Positions 59,168-64,000 of a stretch of 64,000 nucleotides of DNA are shown one piece after another. Below the pieces are notes generated by a model, which was not told where the DNA came from, did not search any database, and saw only the letters and a list, made by a program, of their open reading frames with translations. The stretch comes from an uncultured delta proteobacterium (GTDB lineage Bacteria > Desulfobacterota > Desulfomonilia > Desulfomonilales > Desulfomonilaceae): the NCBI GenBank assembly GCA_963789265.1, contig CAWBKB010000001.1, forward strand, positions 416,001 through 480,000. Reading direction: 5' to 3'. The number at the start of each line of letters is the position of its first letter. Position 1 is the first letter of the stretch. The position numbers and the translations under genes were made by a program.

Positions 59168-62100
59168 TCAGTTCACCTCACCCACCAATATGAACGGTGC
59201 CCAATAAAAGGGATGGTCATAACCAGCCTTACGGATTTCTTGCCTGGCAAGTCGTAGCGCTTCCTGCTTATTCTTCCCTTCTTTCAAGTGCTTGAAGAAG
59301 CTCTCCACGAGATTAACAGAAGCTTTCTCAGATACGCTCCAGAGGCTCATCAGAACACTTTTCGCACCCGCGTACTGGAATGCCCTGCCCATTCCCATTG
59401 TGCCCTCGCCTGATATTTGCCTCCCCAGGCCGGTCTGGCACACGGTCAGCGCGGCTACGTCGCAGTTGAGCTTCAAGCCCAGGACTTCACTCAATCGCAA
59501 GAAACCGTCGTGACCCTTCTGTTGATCGAGCAGAGTCAGCACCAGCACCGGTTCCTGGATACCCGGCAATTCCTTGCCGAAATATCCGTGGGTGCCGAAC
59601 ACCACGGACCGATAAGGTGTGAGGTCTTTGTCGAGAAGAACAGATTTTTTGGCCTGCATTCCTTCATAGAGGTCGGTTTTCGGATCGTCCTTCTTTAAGG
59701 ATTCGCCGAGTTGCGCGGTTAAGGGCAGTCTCGGCCAGGTGAGCCCCTCCTGAATCTTCATGGACATAAGGATTTCTTTGGGAAGGTTGTTGAGGAGTTT
59801 CTCCTTCTCCTGGCGGGCAAGTTTGATAAAACGAGGATCATCCTGGGAAAAAACTGGATCGACCAGTGCAAGCGTCTTTTCCCCGGGGTTGCGCTGTTTT
59901 TCGAGAGTACGTGCCAGGGTAAGGGCCGTGATGGACTGGTAATAGGATATGGGATTGCGACCGCCGAAAAACTCAGCACCTGAAGTAACAGCCGTTTTAT
60001 CGCCCTTTACAATTGTTCCTTTGTCGTTGAGCACGAGCATCTCGAACGGGACTACTCCGAGCGAACCGTCAGGAATGATAATGAGGGGGGTATCCTTGGG
60101 CAGTGCCGGCAGGACATCCGCGAGAAGCATGTCGGAGAGTTTCTTACCGGCAGCAAAATCAAATGCTGCAAGTTTCTTTCTGAGAGAATCGTCGGGTCCC
60201 AGATCCAGAGGTTCCCGGAACTTCCTGACGAGACCGTCAACCTCTTTTCTCGCAACCGGCTTGAAAAGACATTTTACCAGGCTCTTTCCCTTCGTGAGAT
60301 AGATGATGATTCCCGGGTCCGTGACCTGGTACGCCAATACCCATTCGTTATCTTTCAGGGCAGATTGATCCAAACCCATTGGTTGAGGATACTTGGTCGC
60401 GGCAAAGAAAGGATACTGTTTGCGGAGCATCTCAATATGCGCGGCAAGTTTCTCTTTTGCCGTTTTAACCTGGGGCTCAAGCGCGGCTATGACCTCTTTG
60501 TTCTGCTTCTCGTACGCCTTCTGGAGGTTCTTGCTCAAAGCGGCGAGACTGTCATTAAGCTGCGAATCTTTTTCCAGTACATCCTGTGGAATGTGCGGAG
60601 CAGACCCTTCTGCTCGCTTTGAGATGCGTTCGGCAAACATACGGGCTCGGGTGTATTCGGATTCCTTTAATGCATCCAGAGGCTTGTTCAGCTTCACCAG
60701 GTACTCTGGCAAGTCCCTCGTACGGGGCGGTCCTGTAAAAGCCGCCGACTCTGACATTGTAGAACTCCGCCCTCTCGGAAGGGTTCAGGCCGGCACGCAG
60801 ATCTTCGGTACGATCAATGGCTTTGCGAAAATAGTCCGCGGCCCCAAGGTTGTCCCACATCTTCTCGTATGTCATTCCCAGGCCGGTATAGGATATGAAG
60901 AGATTCGCTGAATCCTGGTTCTTCTCAGCGCTTTGCCGAAGTTTCTCGTAATACTCTTTTGCCTTTTCGTAATCCGCTTTGAGCAGATTGAGCCTACCCA
61001 GGGAGCTGTTGTAGTTAGCTTCTTTTATGAATGGCTCGGCATTTGCGATCTCTCCCTTGTCCAGGTAGAGATTACCTATCTTATCCTTAGGTGAGCCTGT
61101 TGGAACTCCGATTTTGACGTAGATTGCAAGCCCCTTCTGAAAATTCGTCAGAGCTTTGTCGTACTCACCCCAGTATTGATATACGGTCCCCAGATTGTTC
61201 AGGGTGCGCCCTTCGATGTTCACGTCCCCAATCTTTCTGCTGATAGCCAGCGACTTCTCGTAGAATTCCACTGCCTTGGCATACTGACCCCAATCCTTAT
61301 ATAAGTTCCCCAGGTTGTTAAGTGTCCGTGCTTCACCCGGAATGTCCCCGAACTTTCTCTGAATGGCGAGAGATTCTTCGTAGAATCTCAAGGCCTTCTC
61401 GTACTGACCGCGTTGCTCAGAGACAGCTCCCAGATTGAGCAGCGAGCCTCCTTGCCCGCTGATGTCACCCAGCTTTCTCTCGAGTTCCAGGCATTTCTCA
61501 AAGTACTCGACTGCTTTCTCATATTGACCCTGTCCACGACAGACCTCTCCCAGGTTATTTAGGGAAATTCCCTCCCCTTTGAGGTCGCCAAACCGTCTCG
61601 CGATTGTCAGAGATTTTTTGTAATACTCCACCGCCTTCGCATTCTGATTCCAGGTGTTGTAGACTATCCCGAGGTTGTTCAAGGTGACGCCTTCGCCCTT
61701 AAGGTCTCCACGCCTTTTCTTGATTGCCAGAGATTGCTCGAAATGGTCAACGGCCTTCTTATACTTGCACAAATCCAGATAGGCATTGCCTAAAGCGTTG
61801 AGCACCGCCGACTCTCCCTTGGTGTCAGTAAGCTTTTTCTTGATGGCCAATGATTTCTCGTAGTATTCGATTGCCTTCTCACACTGACCCCACCGCTCGT
61901 ACATATGGCCAAGATCGTCCAACGTTTCCCCTTCCGCCTTGATATCACCAAGCTTTATCGCAATCGCCAATGACTGCTCGGAGCATTCCACGGCATCTTG
62001 ATATCGCCCCCAATGTCTGTATATCGCTCTCAGGTTGCGTAGGGCAGCCATTTCACCCTTCTGATTCTTGATTGTTCTGGCGATCTCTAACGATTTCTTC

Positions 62101-62633
62101 TCGTAGTGCGCAGCCTTCTCATACTTATGCCAGTCCCTGTAGAGAATCCCCAAGCAGTGGAGAGCCGCTACTTCTTTTTTAGGCCCCTGGTACTTCTGGG
62201 CTATTTCCAAAGACTTCTCGTAATACTCAACAGCCTTTTCATACTGATTCTGCTTAGCGTACACAAAGCCTAACCAGGCGACACTGCTTGATTCGATGTG
62301 TCGGTCGCCGATCTTCCGGGCAAGTTCAAACGATTTCAGGTAGTATTCTACTGCCTTCTGGTATTGCTTCTGGTCTCTATATATAGCCCCTAGACTGTTG
62401 CACGCCCGAGCGGCATTTTTCGAGTCGCCAACCTTCTGGTATATGGCCAGGGCCTCTTCGTATTTCTGTGCAGCCTTCTTCAAATCTTCGTTGGAGCGAG
62501 CCTTTTGTTGCAAGGCAAACGCTTCCTTGTGGAGACGTATTGCATCGCGCAAGGATTCGGCCATCAGCGGCGATGAAACAAGGATACAAAGCGCGGCTAC
62601 TATTGCCGGGACAAGAAAGATTCGCTTGAACAT
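59168..62633 (-). CDS. Secreted TPR-repeat + CHAT (caspase-like) domain protein (apparent +1 frameshift near 60700)
   Basis: Signal peptide; many TPRs (TLNNLG..Y...GQYEKA); CHAT motifs FGTHG, LTVCQTG, SLWSV, HPFYWAPF. Confidence 0.9.
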
Positions 62634-63076
62634 GGCAGCCTCCTAAAGAAATATCTCACCACAGAGACACAGAGCACGCAGAGAAAACCATCATATTTCT
62701 CTTCTCAGTGAACTCCGTGCCTCTGTGGTTAATTCTTCATTCGGAATGTTGTCCCCGCTTCCGTGGTTAAACCTCGGCCTCATGATATCTTTGTGGGAAG
62801 ACGGAATGAAATGTGACAGAAGAACGTTCTCATTTCTCCCCCAGCCAAAACAGGTGAGTCTGAGCACAACTCCCCGGATTTCCATTGTAGCGGCAAAGCC
62901 CGTCCCCCTAGCAAAGAAGCTGTCCGATGATGTCCGTGTGATAGGCTTGCAGTTTACCACCCCTTTTAACCCGAGGCCATTAAAAAGGGGAAAGGGGGGA
63001 AACCATCCCATAGGCGTTAAAATAAGGCAATTTCGTTCCTTTTCAAGAGGTGAATGCAGGCTGAGCGCGATCAAAG

Positions 63077-63160
63077 TCCCCCTTTTCTAAAGGGGGATTT
63101 AGGGGGATTTCAATAGGTTATCCCAAAATCCCCCCTAACCCCCCTTTAGGAAAGGGGGGA
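63077..63160. repeat. CCCCCTTT...AAAGGGGG palindromic repeat cluster
   Basis: Paired hairpins CCCCCTTTTCTAAAGGGGG and CCCCCTTTAGGAAAGGGGG. Confidence 0.65.
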
Positions 63161-63321
63161 ACCCACCGTCTCGCAATGACAAGCTTTGACCGCTTGTAAG
63201 TGAATGATACGTGCTTCGCGCTTTTTTGTGTGGAGAATAACCGCGGCTTTATGCGATAATAATATGTTCGGAGATCACTTGTTTCCGATTGCCACCTTCA
63301 ATATTCACGAGGTAGTTGATA

Positions 63322-64000
63322 ATGCATGTAGGCGTCATAGGAACCGGCTATGTGGGCTTGGTTACCGGAGTTTGTTTCGCCGAGATGGGAAACGATGTCA
63401 CGTTGATGGACATCGACGAGGCCAAGATCCAGGGCCTCATAGATGGGAGAATCCCGATCTACGAGCCCGGTCTTCAACCGATGATAGCCCGAAATATGGC
63501 CGAAAAGCGTTTGCACTTCACCACCGATCTGGAGGCGACGATAGACCGCTCCTTGATAAACTTTATAGCTGTCGGCACGCCACCCCACCAGGACGGAAAC
63601 GCGGACCTCAGCCAGGTTTTCAATGTTGCCGAGGCCGTCGGTCAAGCTATTAAGACTTACAAAATCATCATCACCAAGAGTACGGTTCCGGTGGGCACAA
63701 CGCACAAGATTCGCGACATTATTGCCGAAAGAAACCAACCACCCGTTTGATGTGGCGTCCAATCCCGAGTTCCTGAAAGAGGGCAACGCAATTGATGACT
63801 GCATGAAGCCGGACAGAATCGTGATTGGAGTGGACGACGTCCGTGTCGGTGAAATCCTCAAAGAGCTGTACGCGCCCTTCGTGCGGACAGGCAAGCCTAT
63901 TTTGGTCATGGATACCTTGTCCTCGGAAATGACCAAGTACACAGCCAACGGCCTTTTGGCCACCAAGATCTCCTTTGTCAACGAGCTTGCGAGGTTGTGC
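63322..64000 (+). CDS. ugd: UDP-glucose 6-dehydrogenase, partial (apparent frameshift near 63733)
   Basis: GTGYVG, PIYEPGL, AVGTP, KSTVPVG; then SNPEFLKEG...PDRIVIG in the next frame. Confidence 0.93.

Noticed and set aside
60900..62500. CRISPR array or DNA tandem repeat
   Set aside because: The periodicity comes from degenerate TPR coding repeats; no identical repeats with spacers and no cas genes in the window
8999..63981. Long antisense/overlapping ORFs (e.g. 8999-9595, 17612-18505, 46712-47581, 48849-49613, 63298-63981)
   Set aside because: Shadow frames of well-supported genes on the opposite strand, with no recognisable motifs

Overview
64 kb of a bacterial chromosome. Gene content and a small 'DLRRGMSxxELMxKYxLS' protein suggest a Desulfomonile-like Desulfobacterota genome (inference only). 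The left ~16 kb is an accessory region built on a minus-strand tRNA-Glu(CUC) at 15903-15978. The 3' 48-49 nt of this tRNA recur three times downstream (4254, 6155, 12336) with IHF-like and arm-like flanks, defining stacked cargo segments with no visible integrase. Cargo includes arsR/C-GCAxxG-C-C/arsM, SnoaL-like proteins, PAS kinase-hemerythrin, zwf, carbonic anhydrase, a membrane methyltransferase and low-GC ORFs. The rest is mostly housekeeping (purL, rpmI-rplT-pheST, murD, map, uvrB, ugd), plus two TA pairs, a carbamoyltransferase-SxtJ-SxtK-SGNH cassette and a TPR-CHAT protein. A SynChlorMet-type RiPP cluster (44953-51687) encodes a PqqD/RRE protein, two radical SAM-SPASM enzymes, an HPrK-like ScmC, an S26 peptidase and a 68-aa Cys/Gly-repeat precursor candidate; it is split by a nested REP/MITE/IS1182 stack. 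Intergenic DNA is rich in REP-like hairpins and MITEs. About 12 genes carry apparent frameshifts, 7 of them at or next to GTAC, which suggests methylation-linked long-read errors rather than real pseudogenes.
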